From Halomonas sp. HL-48 (GTDB lineage Bacteria; Pseudomonadota; Gammaproteobacteria; Pseudomonadales; Halomonadaceae), in the NCBI GenBank assembly GCA_001314875.1, contig LJZS01000019.1, positions 276 to 64,275 on the forward strand: a stretch of 64,000 nt of DNA. The letters run 5' to 3'. Made by a program: the position numbers and the translations under genes. Position 1 is the stretch's first letter; each line of letters begins with the position of its first letter. The notes beneath the pieces are model-generated. The model was not told where the DNA came from, did not search any database, and saw only the letters and a list, made by a program, of their open reading frames with translations. Shown one piece after another: positions 25,789 through 37,619 of this stretch.

Positions 25789-26238
25789 ATGAGCAAAACC
25801 TACTCGATCAGTGAACTGGCCAACGAGTTTGATTTAACCACCCGCAGCATCCGCTTTTACGAGGACCAGGAACTGCTGCACCCGACGCGGCGCGGACAAA
25901 CCCGTGTCTACAGCAGCAAGGACCGGGTGCGCCTGAAGCTAACCATTCGTGGCAAGCGGCTGGGGTTTTCACTGGCCGAAATCCGCGAGCTGTTCGAGCT
26001 CTGGGATGAGACCCGCAGCGGCAGTAAAAAGCAGCTGCGTTTGATGCTCAGCAAGATTGCCGAACGCCGAGCAGCCCTCGACCAGCAGATGAAAGACATC
26101 ACCATGGTCCAGCTCGAGCTTGAAAGCGCCGAAATCCGCTGCCGCCAGGCGCTGGAAGAGCTAAATGAAAAACAGCGTGAAGAAGAGCAGTCGGCACCTT
26201 CCGACGCAACATCGCCTTCCTCCGCCACCGTGGACTGA
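25789..26238 (+). CDS. liuR: MerR-family regulator of leucine catabolism
   Basis: YSISELANEFDLTTRSIRFYEDQELL is a MerR HTH. It is the first gene of the liu cluster. Confidence 0.8.
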   Translation: MSKTYSISELANEFDLTTRSIRFYEDQELLHPTRRGQTRVYSSKDRVRLKLTIRGKRLGFSLAEIRELFELWDETRSGSKKQLRLMLSKIAERRAALDQQMKDITMVQLELESAEIRCRQALEELNEKQREEEQSAPSDATSPSSATVD

Positions 26239-26317
26239 GCCGGTCGCCTGCCTCATACCCCAGCACACGCTCGCTAAAACCACGTTCGCCAAAACAATGC
26301 ACAACAGGTGATTGACC

Positions 26318-27487
26318 ATGTTTTCACGCTACTCAGAACTCAACTATGGCCTTGATGACGAACTGAACATGCTGCGCGAGCAGGTCAACGCTTTTGCGGC
26401 TAGCGAGATTGCGCCCCGCGCCGCCGAGATCGACCAGGCCAACGAGTTCCCCAACGACTTATGGAAGAAGTTCGGCGATATGGGACTGCTGGGAATTACC
26501 GTTCCCGATGAAGACGGCGGCAGCGGCATGGGGTACCTGGCCCACTGTATTGCCATGGAAGAGATTTCCCGGGCCAGTGCGTCTGTGGCGCTCTCCTACG
26601 GCGCCCACTCCAACCTGTGCGTCAACCAGATCAAAATTAACGCCTCTGCAGAGCAAAAAGCCAAATACCTGCCCAAGTTAATCAGCGGCGACCACGTGGG
26701 GGCACTTGCCATGTCCGAACCCGGCGCCGGCTCGGATGTAGTCTCCATGCAGCTGCGTGCCAAGCGAGATGGCGATCATTACATTCTCAACGGCAACAAG
26801 ATGTGGATCACCAACGGCCCGGATGCCGACGTGCTGGTGGTCTACGCCAAGACCGACCCGGACGCCGGCTCCAAAGGCATCACCGCCTTTATTATCGAAA
26901 AGGGTATGCCCGGTTTCTCTACCGCCCAGAAGCTCGACAAGCTGGGCATGCGCGGCTCCAACACCTGTGAGCTGGTGTTCCAGGACTGCAAGGTGCCCGC
27001 CGAGAATATCCTCGGCGCTGAGGGCAAAGGCGTTCACGTGCTGATGAGCGGCCTGGATTTTGAGCGCACCGTGCTCGCAGCCGGCCCCATCGGCATCATG
27101 CAGGCCGCCATGGATGTGGTGCTCCCCTATATCCACGAGCGCAAGCAGTTCAACCAGTCGATCGGCGAGTTCCAACTGGTGCAGGGCAAAGTGGCGGACA
27201 TGTACACCACCCTGAACGCCTGCCGGGCCTATCTGTATGCCGTGGCGAGCGCTTGCGACCGCGGCCAGACCTCCCGCAAAGACGCTGCCGGGGTGATTCT
27301 CTACTGCGCGGAAAAAGCCACCCAGGTAGCGCTGGATGCGATTCAGCTACTCGGCGGCAACGGCTATATCAACGAGTACCCCACCGGGCGGCTGCTGCGC
27401 GACGCCAAGCTTTACGAGATCGGCGCGGGCACCAGCGAGATCCGGCGGATGCTGATCGGCCGCGAACTCTTCAACGAAAGCCTTTAA
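26318..27487 (+). CDS. liuA: Isovaleryl-CoA dehydrogenase
   Basis: ACAD with the IVD-type sequence ([16 protein letters not shown]...). The start at ATG 26318 is preceded by AGGTGA. Confidence 0.9.
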   Translation: MFSRYSELNYGLDDELNMLREQVNAFAASEIAPRAAEIDQANEFPNDLWKKFGDMGLLGITVPDEDGGSGMGYLAHCIAMEEISRASASVALSYGAHSNLCVNQIKINASAEQKAKYLPKLISGDHVGALAMSEPGAGSDVVSMQLRAKRDGDHYILNGNKMWITNGPDADVLVVYAKTDPDAGSKGITAFIIEKGMPGFSTAQKLDKLGMRGSNTCELVFQDCKVPAENILGAEGKGVHVLMSGLDFERTVLAAGPIGIMQAAMDVVLPYIHERKQFNQSIGEFQLVQGKVADMYTTLNACRAYLYAVASACDRGQTSRKDAAGVILYCAEKATQVALDAIQLLGGNGYINEYPTGRLLRDAKLYEIGAGTSEIRRMLIGRELFNESL

Positions 27488-27509
27488 TAAACGTTAGTAG
27501 GGTCGCCCC

Positions 27510-29117
27510 ATGAGTACTATTTCCACTCAGATCAACCCGCGTAGCGATGTGTTTCAAGCCAACGAAGCCTCAATGCTCGGTGAAGTCAACAAACTGCGTG
27601 AACTAACCGCGGCCATCTCCCAGGGCGGCGGCGCCAAGTCCCGCGAACGTCACGAAAGTCGCGGCAAGCTGTTCGTGCGCGACCGCATCGATCATCTGAT
27701 TGACGAGGGTTCGCCGTTTCTGGAGTTGTCCGCGCTGGCCGCCCATCAGCTATATGAAAGCGACGTGCCCGCCGCCGGGGTTGTCACCGGCATTGGCCGC
27801 GTTTCCGGCGTCGAGTGTGTGATTGTCGCCAACGATGCCACGGTGAAAGGTGGCACCTACTTCCCGATGACCGTCAAGAAGCACCTGCGCGCACAGGAAG
27901 TTGCCCGCAAGCATCGCCTGCCGTGTATCTACCTGGTTGATTCCGGCGGCGCCTTCCTGCCCCGCCAGGATGAAGTCTTCCCCGACCGCGACCACTTCGG
28001 GCGCATCTTCTACAACCAGGCAACCCTATCCGCCGAGGGCATCCCGCAAATTGCCGTGGTGATGGGCTCGTGCACCGCAGGCGGCGCCTACGTGCCGGCC
28101 ATGGCCGATGAGTCGATCATCGTCAAAGAACAGGGCACGATTTTCCTCGGCGGCCCGCCTTTAGTAAAAGCCGCCACCGGCGAGAGCATCAGCGCTGAAG
28201 ACCTGGGCGGTGCCGACGTGCATGCCAAGGTCAGCGGCGTGGCCGATCACTACGCCGAAAACGACGCCCACGCGCTGCAGCTGGCCCGTGCCTGTGTCTC
28301 GCGGCTCAACTGGCAGAAGCGCGGCCAGCTCGCCATGCAGGCACCCAAGCCCCCCAAGCTAGATCCTTCCGAGCTGTATGGCATTGTCGGCACCGACCTT
28401 AAAAAGCCCTATGACGTGCGCGAAGTCATTGGCCGCATCGTCGATGACTCCGATTTCGATGAATTCAAGCGCTACTACGGCGAAACGCTGGTCACCGGCT
28501 TTGCCCATATTCACGGCTACCCGGTGGGCATCGTGGCCAACAACGGCGTGCTATTTTCAGAGAGCGCGGTGAAAGGCGCGCACTTTATCGAGCTTTGCGC
28601 CCAGCGCAAGATCCCGCTGGTGTTCCTGCAAAACATTACCGGCTTTATGGTCGGCTCCAAATACGAGCACGAAGGCATCGCCAAGCACGGCGCCAAGCTG
28701 GTCACTGCCGTGGCCTGCGCCAAAGTGCCCAAGTACACCGTGCTGATTGGCGGTAGCTTCGGCGCGGGCAACTACGGCATGTGTGGCCGTGCCTATGATC
28801 CCAACCTGCTATTCATGTGGCCCAACGCGCGCATTTCGGTGATGGGCGGCGAACAGGCCGCGGGCGTGCTTTCCCAGGTGAAACGCGAGCAGTACGAGCG
28901 CGAAGGCCGCGAGTGGACGCCGGAGGAAGAGGAAGCCTTCAAGCAACCCACCCGCGAACAGTACGAGCACCAGGGCCACCCCTACTACGCCAGCGCCCGC
29001 CTGTGGGACGACGGCGTGATTGACCCGTTGCAAACCCGCGATTTACTGGGGCTTTCACTGGCTGCCGCGATGAATGCTGAAGTCGAAGAGACACGCTTTG
29101 GCGTGTTCCGGATGTGA
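27510..29117 (+). CDS. liuB: Methylcrotonyl-CoA carboxylase, carboxyltransferase (beta) subunit
   Basis: 535-aa carboxyl transferase domain protein in liu operon context. Confidence 0.9.
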   Translation: MSTISTQINPRSDVFQANEASMLGEVNKLRELTAAISQGGGAKSRERHESRGKLFVRDRIDHLIDEGSPFLELSALAAHQLYESDVPAAGVVTGIGRVSGVECVIVANDATVKGGTYFPMTVKKHLRAQEVARKHRLPCIYLVDSGGAFLPRQDEVFPDRDHFGRIFYNQATLSAEGIPQIAVVMGSCTAGGAYVPAMADESIIVKEQGTIFLGGPPLVKAATGESISAEDLGGADVHAKVSGVADHYAENDAHALQLARACVSRLNWQKRGQLAMQAPKPPKLDPSELYGIVGTDLKKPYDVREVIGRIVDDSDFDEFKRYYGETLVTGFAHIHGYPVGIVANNGVLFSESAVKGAHFIELCAQRKIPLVFLQNITGFMVGSKYEHEGIAKHGAKLVTAVACAKVPKYTVLIGGSFGAGNYGMCGRAYDPNLLFMWPNARISVMGGEQAAGVLSQVKREQYEREGREWTPEEEEAFKQPTREQYEHQGHPYYASARLWDDGVIDPLQTRDLLGLSLAAAMNAEVEETRFGVFRM

Positions 29118-29118
29118 T

Positions 29119-29247
29119 CCCTTGCTGCGCAAGGGAGCTGGAAGCTTGAAGCGGTAAGCTGGAAGTCTCCTCCTCACGCTGCAGCGACAGGGCATCAGGT
29201 TTCTTACAACTTTCAGGCGCGAAGCGCCGCTCTTCAAGCTTCCAGCT
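29119..29247 (+). repeat. Highly structured intercistronic spacer (nested inverted repeats)
   Basis: Three structures are visible. A hairpin CCCTTGC-tgc-GCAAGGG at 29119-29135. A long-range inverted repeat AGCTGGAAGCTTGAAGCGG (29136-29154) / CCGCTCTTCAAGCTTCCAGCT (29227-29247). An inner hairpin GGCGC-gaa-GCGCC (29216-29228). Confidence 0.5.
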
Positions 29248-29265
29248 TTGCTAACGAGGTCCAAG

Positions 29266-30105
29266 ATGTCACATAACACCACCTACTCAAGACTCGAAAT
29301 AGACGAGCGTGGCGTCGCCTGGCTAACCCTGAACCGCCCCGAGGTGCATAACGCCTTTGACGACCGCCTGATTGCCGAGCTCAACGCTCACTTGGGCCGG
29401 CTGCATTCGCTTGCGGACACGGGCGACCTGCGCGTGGTGGTACTGGGTTCCGAGGGCAAGAGCTTCTCGGCGGGTGCGGACCTGAACTGGATGAAGCACA
29501 TGGTCGATTACGACCTTGACGATAACCTCGCCGATTCGCGCAAGCTCGCCGCGCTGATGCACGGCCTGGACACACTGCCCTGCCCCACGCTGTGCCGCGT
29601 GCAGGGCGCTGCTTTCGGCGGCGCGGTGGGTCTTGCCGCCTGCTGCGACGTGGTCGTGGCCTCCGAAAAAGCCAGGTTCTGCCTCTCCGAGGTCAAGATA
29701 GGCCTGTCGCCCGCGGTGATCAGCCCCTACGTTCAGCGTGCCCTTGGCGAGCGTCAGATGCGCCGCTTTGCGTTGACCGCCGAGGTGATGGACGCCCCTA
29801 CGGCGCTTGAGCTTGGCCTGGCCCATCAGTTGGTGGAACACGACGCGCTGGATAGCGCAGTGGACGCCATGCTGGCCACGCTGCTGGCGGGTTCGCCCCA
29901 GGCCCAGCGCGCCACCAAGGCGCTGATGGCCACGGTGGCCCAGGCAACCGATGCGGACGCCACCCGCGAGCATACCTGCCAGGTCATCGCCCGGCTGCGG
30001 GTCAGCCCGGAAGGCCAGGAGGGTCTGGCGAGTTTCCTGGATAAGCGCCGCCCAAACTGGGCCGAACCCAATAACACACCCCACGCGTCGGAGCGTCGCT
30101 CATGA
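29266..30105 (+). CDS. liuC: Methylglutaconyl-CoA hydratase
   Basis: Crotonase fold (FSAGADLNWM) in operon context. The ATG at 29266 is preceded by GAGG. Confidence 0.85.
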   Translation: MSHNTTYSRLEIDERGVAWLTLNRPEVHNAFDDRLIAELNAHLGRLHSLADTGDLRVVVLGSEGKSFSAGADLNWMKHMVDYDLDDNLADSRKLAALMHGLDTLPCPTLCRVQGAAFGGAVGLAACCDVVVASEKARFCLSEVKIGLSPAVISPYVQRALGERQMRRFALTAEVMDAPTALELGLAHQLVEHDALDSAVDAMLATLLAGSPQAQRATKALMATVAQATDADATREHTCQVIARLRVSPEGQEGLASFLDKRRPNWAEPNNTPHASERRS

Positions 30106-32174
30106 GTCATTCGCCCCCTATTGATAAGAACGCCCTCCCCGCGCGCACGACGCCCTTTGATACGTTGCTGATTGCCAATCGGGGCGAGATTGCCTGCCGC
30201 GTGATGCGCACCGCGCGCCGCATGGGACTTAAAACCGTCGCTATCTATTCCGACGCCGATGCCAGCGCCCGCCACGTGCGTGAAGCCGACGAAGCCATTC
30301 GCGTGGGCCCTGCCCCCGCGCGGGAAAGCTATCTTGACGTCGAGGCGGTCATTGAGGCCGCCAGGCGCACCGGCAGCGGCGCCATCCACCCCGGCTACGG
30401 TTTTCTTTCCGAGAACGGCGACTTCGTCAAAGCCCTTGAAAAAGCGGGTATTACCTTTGTCGGCCCGCCCGCCTCGGCGATCGCCGCCATGGGCGATAAA
30501 TCCGCCGCCAAAGCGCGTATGGCCGAGGCGGGTGTACCGCTGGTGCCCGGCTACCACGGCGACGACCAGAATGATGCTCTGCTGCGCGATGAGGCCGACA
30601 GGATAGGCTACCCGGTGATGCTCAAAGCCAGCGCCGGCGGTGGCGGCAAGGGGATGCGCGTCGTCGAGTCGGGGGATGGCTTCCAGGCTGCCCTGGACGG
30701 CTGCCGACGCGAGTCCAGGGCCGCCTTCGGCGACGATCGCATGCTGATCGAGAAATATCTGGTCAAGCCCCGCCATGTGGAAGTCCAGGTGTTCTGCGAC
30801 CGCTACGGTAACGGCGTTTACCTGTTCGAACGCGACTGCAGCGTGCAGCGCCGCCACCAGAAAGTCATCGAAGAAGCCCCCGCTCCCGGCATGACGGCCG
30901 AGCTGCGCAGCGCCATGGGCGACGCTGCGGTGCGCGCCGCCCAGGAAATCGGCTATGTGGGCGCGGGTACCGTCGAGTTTCTACTGGATGCGGACGGGTC
31001 GTTCTTCTTTATGGAAATGAACACCCGCCTACAGGTGGAGCACCCGGTCACCGAGATGATCACCGGCCAGGATCTGGTCGAGTGGCAGTTACGCGTGGCT
31101 ATGGGCGAACCGCTCCCCTGCACCCAAGACGCACTGACCATCACCGGGCATAGCTTTGAAGCGCGTATTTACGCCGAAGACCCGGATCAGGATTTTTTAC
31201 CGGCTACCGGCCTGCTCACCCGCTTTGCGCTGGATTTAGCCGGTGCGGGCTTGAGCGCTGATCAGGTACGCCTGGACAGCGGCGTGGAGAGCGGCGATAC
31301 GGTGTCGATGCACTACGACCCCATGCTCGCCAAACTGATCGTACACGGCGTTGACCGCAACGCCGCCCTGGCGACGCTTAATCGCGCCCTGGCAGCACTC
31401 GACGTTCAGGGCGTAGTGACCAACCGCGCCTTTCTGATGCGTCTGGCGACCCATCCTGGTTTCAAGAACGTGGAGCTGGATACGCGCTTTATCGAGCGCA
31501 ACGAGGCCACGCTGTTTGCGCCACCCACCTATAGCCGAGAAGCCTACGCCAGCGCGGCGCTGATCGGCCTGCACCAGCTTGCCCAGGAATGCGAGAGCGA
31601 CTCGCCCTGGGACCGCCACGACGGCTTTCGCCTCAATGCGCCCCACACCATACGCATCGCGCTGTGCGACCCGGCAAGTGCCCAGACGCCGGATAGCGAT
31701 AAAGCGGTGGTCATCGTCGAAGGCAAGCGCAACGCCGGAGAATCACTTTGGAATCTGACAATCAATGATGAAACCCTGACCGCCAGTCTGCAGCCGCTCA
31801 GCGGCGACGCCGTCGCGATAACGCTGGACGGCCACCGTCGCCGCCTGCAGGCACGCCGCGATGGGCACGTGGTGGTCATAGCCGACCCGAGTGGTGAAAC
31901 ACGCCTGTTTTGGCGGCGCATCGACGCCATCGACCACGGCCACCACGAGGCCGAATCGAACCTCACCGCGCCGATGCACGGCACCGTGGTCGCGCTGCTC
32001 GTGGAACCAGGCGCCAGCGTCGAGAAAGGCATGCCACTGATGGTCATGGAAGCCATGAAAATGGAGCACACCATGACCGCGCCGGCCGATGGTAGCGTGG
32101 CATCGTTCCACTTCCAGCCAGGCGATACCGTCGGCCAGGGCGACGTGCTGCTCGACTTTGCCCCCAGCGAATAG
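30102..32174 (+). CDS. liuD: Methylcrotonyl-CoA carboxylase, biotin carboxylase/BCCP (alpha) subunit
   Basis: Biotin carboxylase N-terminus (LLIANRGEIACRVMRTA), an ATP-grasp domain, and the C-terminal biotinylation motif EAMKMEH. Confidence 0.9.
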   Translation: MSHSPPIDKNALPARTTPFDTLLIANRGEIACRVMRTARRMGLKTVAIYSDADASARHVREADEAIRVGPAPARESYLDVEAVIEAARRTGSGAIHPGYGFLSENGDFVKALEKAGITFVGPPASAIAAMGDKSAAKARMAEAGVPLVPGYHGDDQNDALLRDEADRIGYPVMLKASAGGGGKGMRVVESGDGFQAALDGCRRESRAAFGDDRMLIEKYLVKPRHVEVQVFCDRYGNGVYLFERDCSVQRRHQKVIEEAPAPGMTAELRSAMGDAAVRAAQEIGYVGAGTVEFLLDADGSFFFMEMNTRLQVEHPVTEMITGQDLVEWQLRVAMGEPLPCTQDALTITGHSFEARIYAEDPDQDFLPATGLLTRFALDLAGAGLSADQVRLDSGVESGDTVSMHYDPMLAKLIVHGVDRNAALATLNRALAALDVQGVVTNRAFLMRLATHPGFKNVELDTRFIERNEATLFAPPTYSREAYASAALIGLHQLAQECESDSPWDRHDGFRLNAPHTIRIALCDPASAQTPDSDKAVVIVEGKRNAGESLWNLTINDETLTASLQPLSGDAVAITLDGHRRRLQARRDGHVVVIADPSGETRLFWRRIDAIDHGHHEAESNLTAPMHGTVVALLVEPGASVEKGMPLMVMEAMKMEHTMTAPADGSVASFHFQPGDTVGQGDVLLDFAPSE

Positions 32175-32183
32175 GAGCTACCC

Positions 32184-33092
32184 ATGGCGCTGCCGACGTC
32201 CGTCAAACTGTTTGAAATGGCCCCCCGGGACGGCTTGCAGAACGAGCCGGGGGAGATCGTGCCCACCGCGACCAAGATTGCGCTAATTGAGCGGCTCGCC
32301 AACACGGGGCTCGCACACATCGAAGCCGTCAGCTTTGTCTCCCCAAAGTGGGTGCCGCAAATGGGCGATGCTGCCGAGGTGATGACCGGCATCCACCGTC
32401 GGCCGGGCGTGGTCTATTCGGCATTGACGCCTAACCTTAAGGGCCTGGAGAACGCGCTTTCGGCGGGCGTTGAGGAAGTCGCGGTGTTCGGCGCGGCGTC
32501 TGAGACGTTTTCGCAAAAGAACATCAACTGCTCCATCGCCGAGTCTCTGGCACGCTTTGAACCGGTACTGGAACGCGCCAACGACGCTGGCGTGCGGGTG
32601 CGTGGCTACGTTTCCTGCGTGCTGGGCTGCCCTTACGAAGGCGAGATTGCGCCTCAAAAAGTGGCCGAGGTAGCCAAAGCGCTGTATGCGATGGGCTGCT
32701 ACGAAATATCGCTGGGCGACACCATTGGCGTGGGTACCCCGCTGGCCGCCAAACGCATGATCGAGGCGACCCGTCAGCAGGTGCCCATCGAGTTTCTGGC
32801 CGCCCATTTCCACGATACCTACGGCATGGCGATGGCGAATCTCTATGCCGTGCTGGAAGAAGGCGTCAGCGTGATCGATGCCGCCACCGCCGGGCTCGGC
32901 GGCTGCCCGTATGCCCAGGGCGCCTCGGGCAATGTGGCCACCGAAGACGTGCTTTATCTGCTGGCGGGGCTGGGCATCGATACCGGCGTTGACCTGCAGG
33001 CAGTGATTGATACCGGCTACTGGATTACCGGCGAACTGGGCCGCAAACCCAGCTCCAAAGTCGCCCTGGCTAAAGGCCGCGTAAGCTTCTAA
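32184..33092 (+). CDS. liuE: Hydroxymethylglutaryl-CoA lyase
   Basis: [11 protein letters not shown] and [10 protein letters not shown] motifs. Confidence 0.9.
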   Translation: MALPTSVKLFEMAPRDGLQNEPGEIVPTATKIALIERLANTGLAHIEAVSFVSPKWVPQMGDAAEVMTGIHRRPGVVYSALTPNLKGLENALSAGVEEVAVFGAASETFSQKNINCSIAESLARFEPVLERANDAGVRVRGYVSCVLGCPYEGEIAPQKVAEVAKALYAMGCYEISLGDTIGVGTPLAAKRMIEATRQQVPIEFLAAHFHDTYGMAMANLYAVLEEGVSVIDAATAGLGGCPYAQGASGNVATEDVLYLLAGLGIDTGVDLQAVIDTGYWITGELGRKPSSKVALAKGRVSF

Positions 33093-33153
33093 CCAATAAC
33101 AACCCGACGCCGCCTATTCGCTCGAACAAGACAATAATATGTGGAGAGATACC

Positions 33154-34872
33154 ATGGCATCACCTGCACCTAGCCTTCCAAGCTACACCAGCAGCACCGC
33201 CGACAAACCCCTGCTGGGCATGACGATTGGTGATAAATTCGACCAGATCGCCGCGCAATACCCCGATAACGACGCGCTGATCGTGCTACACCAGAACATC
33301 CACTGGCGCTACCGGAAACTTCAGGAAGAGGTTAACCGCTGCGCCCGCGCGCTACTCGCCATCGGCGTCAAGCCAGGCGACCGGGTGGGCATCTGGGCGC
33401 CCAACTGCAGCGAGTGGACGGTAACGCAATTCGCCACCGCTAAAATCGGCGCGATTCTGGTCAACATCAATCCATCCTACCGTAGTCACGAACTGGAATA
33501 TGCGCTCAACCAGTCCGGCGCACGCTTCCTGGTCACCGCCGATAGCTTCAAAACGTCGGACTATCGCGGCATGCTGTATGAACTGGCCCCTGAATTGAAA
33601 ACCAGTGCCGGGGGCAGGCTGAAATCACAAAAACTGCCCGACCTCGAGTGTGTGATCAACCTGAGCGCCGACAAGCACAACGGCATGTGGCGCTGGGCTG
33701 ATCTGATGGACGAAGCGAATCAGGTCAGCCAGACCGACGTCGACGACCTCCAGGCCACGCTGCAGTTCGATGACCCGATCAATATTCAGTACACCTCGGG
33801 CACCACCGGCTTCCCCAAAGGCGCCACGCTTTCCCACCACAACATTCTCAACAACGGCTTCTTTGTCGCCGAAAGCATGGGCTTTACCAGTGAAGACCGC
33901 CTGGTGATTCCGGTGCCGTTGTATCACTGTTTCGGCATGGTCATGGGCAACCTGGGCTGCATGACCCACGGCGCGGCGATGATCTACCCAGACGAGGGCT
34001 TTGACCCCGGCAAGGTGCTCGAGGCGGTGCAGGCGCAGAAAGCCACCGCGCTGTTCGGCGTGCCCACCATGTTTATCGCCGAACTGGACCATCCCGACTT
34101 CCCGAGCAGGGACCTATCGTCGCTGCGCACCGGCATCATGGCGGGATCGATCTGCCCCGCCGAAATCATGAAGCAGGTCATCAGCAAGATGAACATGAAA
34201 GGCGTGCAGATCGCCTACGGCATGACCGAAACCAGCCCGGTGTCCACTCAAACTGGCGCCAACGACAGCATTGAAAAGCGCGTATCCACCGTCGGCCGCA
34301 CCCAACCGCACCTGGAAAACAAAATCGTCGACCCCGGCAACGGTGGCATTCTGCCCCGCGGTGAAATTGGCGAGCTGTGCACCCGCGGTTACAGCATCAT
34401 GCTGAAGTACTGGAACAACGACAAAGCCACCGCCGAGTCCATCGACGAGGCGGGCTGGATGCATACCGGCGACCTGGCTACCATGGACGACGAGGGCTAT
34501 ATCCAGATCGTCGGCCGGATCAAGGACATGGTGATTCGCGGTGGTGAAAACGTCTATCCTCGGGAGATTGAGGAATTTCTCTACGCCCACCCGGCCATTT
34601 CGGAAGTCCAGGTCACCGGCGTACCCGACAGGAAGTACGGTGAAGAGCTGATCGCCTGGGTCAAACTCAACGGCACCGACCACGAGGTTAGCGGCGAGGA
34701 CCTGCGCGAGTACTGCAAGGGCAAGATCACCCACTTCAAGATTCCGCGCTACTTCAAATTCGTCGATGAATTCCCGATGACCGTCACCGGCAAAATCCAG
34801 AAGTTCAAGATGCGCGAAATCTCCATCGAGGAGCTGGGACTGGACGACCAGTTGAATGGTCCCGGCAATTAA
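33154..34872 (+). CDS. AMP-dependent acyl-CoA synthetase (YngI-like)
   Basis: [14 protein letters not shown] (AMP-binding motif) and GWMHTGD. The ATG at 33154 is preceded by GGAGAG. Confidence 0.8.
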   Translation: MASPAPSLPSYTSSTADKPLLGMTIGDKFDQIAAQYPDNDALIVLHQNIHWRYRKLQEEVNRCARALLAIGVKPGDRVGIWAPNCSEWTVTQFATAKIGAILVNINPSYRSHELEYALNQSGARFLVTADSFKTSDYRGMLYELAPELKTSAGGRLKSQKLPDLECVINLSADKHNGMWRWADLMDEANQVSQTDVDDLQATLQFDDPINIQYTSGTTGFPKGATLSHHNILNNGFFVAESMGFTSEDRLVIPVPLYHCFGMVMGNLGCMTHGAAMIYPDEGFDPGKVLEAVQAQKATALFGVPTMFIAELDHPDFPSRDLSSLRTGIMAGSICPAEIMKQVISKMNMKGVQIAYGMTETSPVSTQTGANDSIEKRVSTVGRTQPHLENKIVDPGNGGILPRGEIGELCTRGYSIMLKYWNNDKATAESIDEAGWMHTGDLATMDDEGYIQIVGRIKDMVIRGGENVYPREIEEFLYAHPAISEVQVTGVPDRKYGEELIAWVKLNGTDHEVSGEDLREYCKGKITHFKIPRYFKFVDEFPMTVTGKIQKFKMREISIEELGLDDQLNGPGN

Positions 34873-34951
34873 ATTGGCGCAAACCAGGGCCAATTGCTAC
34901 TCTGAAAAGATATGCCTTTGACCTTTGCTTGACGCCTCCAGGTACACAAGA

Positions 34952-35521
34952 ATGCCAATGAAACGCTTGGCGAGCACCTTACTCTGCTGTGCAGTCCCAT
35001 ATGCCAGCACCTTTGCTGACGAGTCCGCCCCTCCCCTGGCCTACACTTCGCCGCAAGGCGAGCTATTGCAGTTGGAAAACGGCGTCGTCCTTGAGGGCAG
35101 CGACCTTGCCAGCATCGACAGCTACACCAGCGGTTTCCGCCTATCGGCGGGCTTCAGTCCCTGGCAGCTTCCCCAAGTGGACATTGGCGCTGAACTGGCC
35201 TACCGCGAAAGCGAAGAAGTGCCCATTTCGTCGAGCATTAACCCGCTTATCATGGATACCCTAAGCCTGGGCGGCGCCCTGGTCGCCGGCCTGCGAATGG
35301 GGGCGTTCAGCATCTACGCCAAGTCGGGGCTTACCGAATGGCGCGGTGAAAGCTATCGCCCCGCGCAGGAAATCGACGACGGCGGCACCGCCATGCTCCA
35401 GGGCTTTGGCGCCACCCTCACCATTGATCGCCTCGTCAGTCGCCTCGAGTACGAACGTATCGACACCCCCACTCTCGACCACCTCAATACCCTCAGCGCC
35501 TCGCTACACCTGCCGTTTTAA
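34952..35521 (+). CDS. Small outer-membrane beta-barrel protein
   Basis: Signal peptide MKRLASTLLCCAVPYASTFA, alternating amphipathic strands, and a C-terminal LHLPF. Confidence 0.5.
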   Translation: MPMKRLASTLLCCAVPYASTFADESAPPLAYTSPQGELLQLENGVVLEGSDLASIDSYTSGFRLSAGFSPWQLPQVDIGAELAYRESEEVPISSSINPLIMDTLSLGGALVAGLRMGAFSIYAKSGLTEWRGESYRPAQEIDDGGTAMLQGFGATLTIDRLVSRLEYERIDTPTLDHLNTLSASLHLPF

Positions 35522-35691
35522 ATTTCCACTATCCCAGCGCTTATGATTGCATTGCAAGCAGTCACGGCCTCAATATTATACCGTCTTGGCATTGATCAAT
35601 GTGTTTTGTCGGCCCAAGGCTGCAAACGCTCTAGCTGAACCACTAGTGACGCGAGCTATCGTCAATAATTCAACAAAGGAACGTTAACGCT

Positions 35692-36312
35692 ATGTCGATT
35701 GAGCTTTGGTTATCATTTGTGCTGGCGTCTTTTTTGGTCATCGCATCACCAGGCCCCGCCGTTGCGCTATTGGTAATGACCGGCATCAATCAAGGTCGCA
35801 GAGCTGCTCTGGCGATGTTGCCGGGCTTTTTCTTGGGTGACCTGGTGGCGATGTCACTTTCGTTTGCAGGCGTAGGCGCGCTGCTGATGGCATCGGCGGA
35901 GCTATTCGCCATGCTTAAATGGCTAGGGGTTCTCTATCTGCTGTATCTGGGCATTAAGATGTGGCGTGAATCCGGCCAGTTGAACGACTTGGAAACTTCG
36001 GGAGCTAACGTCAAGCAAGGCACCGCGAAAGCATTTTGGGTAACTCTCCTGAACCCCAAAAGCATTCTGTTTTTCATGGCATTCATGCCGCAGTTTATTA
36101 GCCAAACCCAACCCTTAGCTCCACAGTTGGCGATTTTGTTTACTACGTTTCTTGTGATGGGCGTTATCTCGGATCTAGGCTATACACTGTTGTCGACGAC
36201 TAGCCGACAGCTAATGACCGCCAAGTTTCGCCGCCTGCTACACCGCTGTGGTGCCGGCAGCTTGATTGGCGCCGGGTTATTTATGACCGTTATGCGGCGT
36301 CCGGCTGGGTAA
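35692..36312 (+). CDS. LysE family exporter (third paralogue in the window)
   Basis: ASPGPAVALLVMTG motif, 206 aa, polytopic. Confidence 0.8.
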   Translation: MSIELWLSFVLASFLVIASPGPAVALLVMTGINQGRRAALAMLPGFFLGDLVAMSLSFAGVGALLMASAELFAMLKWLGVLYLLYLGIKMWRESGQLNDLETSGANVKQGTAKAFWVTLLNPKSILFFMAFMPQFISQTQPLAPQLAILFTTFLVMGVISDLGYTLLSTTSRQLMTAKFRRLLHRCGAGSLIGAGLFMTVMRRPAG

Positions 36313-36366
36313 TGGCGGATCAATATTTGCGTTTTTCAACATCGACCAGTGAGCAAAGCCTTCCAC

Positions 36367-37605
36367 TCACTGCCCCCACAACATGCGAATAGGGACGGCA
36401 AAGCAACCGGGCACATTGAGCTTTATACAGTGGTGCCCTGTGTATATCAGCATGCCGCCCTGAAACTGCTCGCCTGCTTGATCAGCGAGGCGGGCGAGCC
36501 CTGCAGCATCCCTTGCCTGAACGGTAGCAGACCGCTTGACCTCGACTCCCCAGATCGCCTGACCACGCTCGATGACAAGATCTACCTCAACCTGATCTTT
36601 GTCGCGGTAGTGAGAAAAGCGCAACTCAGGCTCGGTCCAAGAGGCTTGGGCCATGAGCTGCTCAACCACATGGGTTTCCATCAGGGCTCCGAACCGTTCT
36701 GCTTCCATAAACCACTGATCTGTTGATAACCGCCCTAACGTAGCCGCAAGCCCAGTATCGACCAAGTGTAGCTTAGGGCTCTTGATAAGCCGCTTAGCTT
36801 GATTGCGATGCCAAGCGGGTAGCTGACGAATAAGGAAGAGGCGCTCTAAAATACTAAGGTATTTGGTAACCGTGCCACGCTCCATCCCTAGCTCTTTGCT
36901 CAAATTGCTTACATTGAGCAGACCTGCGGTTCGATAAGCCAGCAGCTCCATCAGCCGTAGCATGCCATCCTCATCTTGAATAGCGGCGATATCCTTTACA
37001 TCCCGCTGGATAATGGCATTGAGATATTGGCGATACCATTGACGAGCCCGATTGGGCGCTCGACGGCTGGGCTCGGGGTAGCCGCCCTGACAGATAACAT
37101 CTGACGTAGTGGGCTGCAGCCTTTGGTCTGGCACTATCTTGGCGGCTAGCTGCCCTTTGATCAGTTTGGCCAGCAAGGTGGATTCACTAACTCGCTTCTC
37201 CTGCTCAGTTAGCGGATGCAGGTAAATAACCTCCATACGGCCCGCTAGAGAATCCTGCGCCCTGGGGAGCAGTAGCAAATTGGCAGAGCCCGTCAGCAGA
37301 AAACGTCCCGGCTGGCGATTGCGATCCACCACCGATTTGATCGCCAACAGCAGATCGGGGACGCGTTGTACTTCGTCCAGTGTAGTGTACTCGGGCAGGC
37401 TCTCGATAAAGCCCACCGGATCCTGCTGCGCTGCCGCCATCAGGGTCGGGTCATCCAGATTCAGATACGTTCGGTTGGGATCTATGCGCTGCGCGAGTGT
37501 CGTTTTACCCACCTGTCTAGGCCCTAGTAAGCAGACTACTGGCGTATCTGCGAGCGACTCTTCCACTCGATCACTGATCAGTCGGGGCAGATAGGAGGTA
37601 TCCAT
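36367..37605 (-). CDS. AAA_14 / DUF4143 family ATPase
   Basis: Walker A GPRQVGKTTLA, Walker B-like TTLDEVQ, and a C-terminal YRDKDQVEVDLVIE...GVEVK (PD-(D/E)xK-like) region typical of DUF4143 proteins. Confidence 0.8.
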   Translation of the reverse strand: MDTSYLPRLISDRVEESLADTPVVCLLGPRQVGKTTLAQRIDPNRTYLNLDDPTLMAAAQQDPVGFIESLPEYTTLDEVQRVPDLLLAIKSVVDRNRQPGRFLLTGSANLLLLPRAQDSLAGRMEVIYLHPLTEQEKRVSESTLLAKLIKGQLAAKIVPDQRLQPTTSDVICQGGYPEPSRRAPNRARQWYRQYLNAIIQRDVKDIAAIQDEDGMLRLMELLAYRTAGLLNVSNLSKELGMERGTVTKYLSILERLFLIRQLPAWHRNQAKRLIKSPKLHLVDTGLAATLGRLSTDQWFMEAERFGALMETHVVEQLMAQASWTEPELRFSHYRDKDQVEVDLVIERGQAIWGVEVKRSATVQARDAAGLARLADQAGEQFQGGMLIYTGHHCIKLNVPGCFAVPIRMLWGQ

Positions 37606-37619
37606 AGCTTGCCTCTAGT

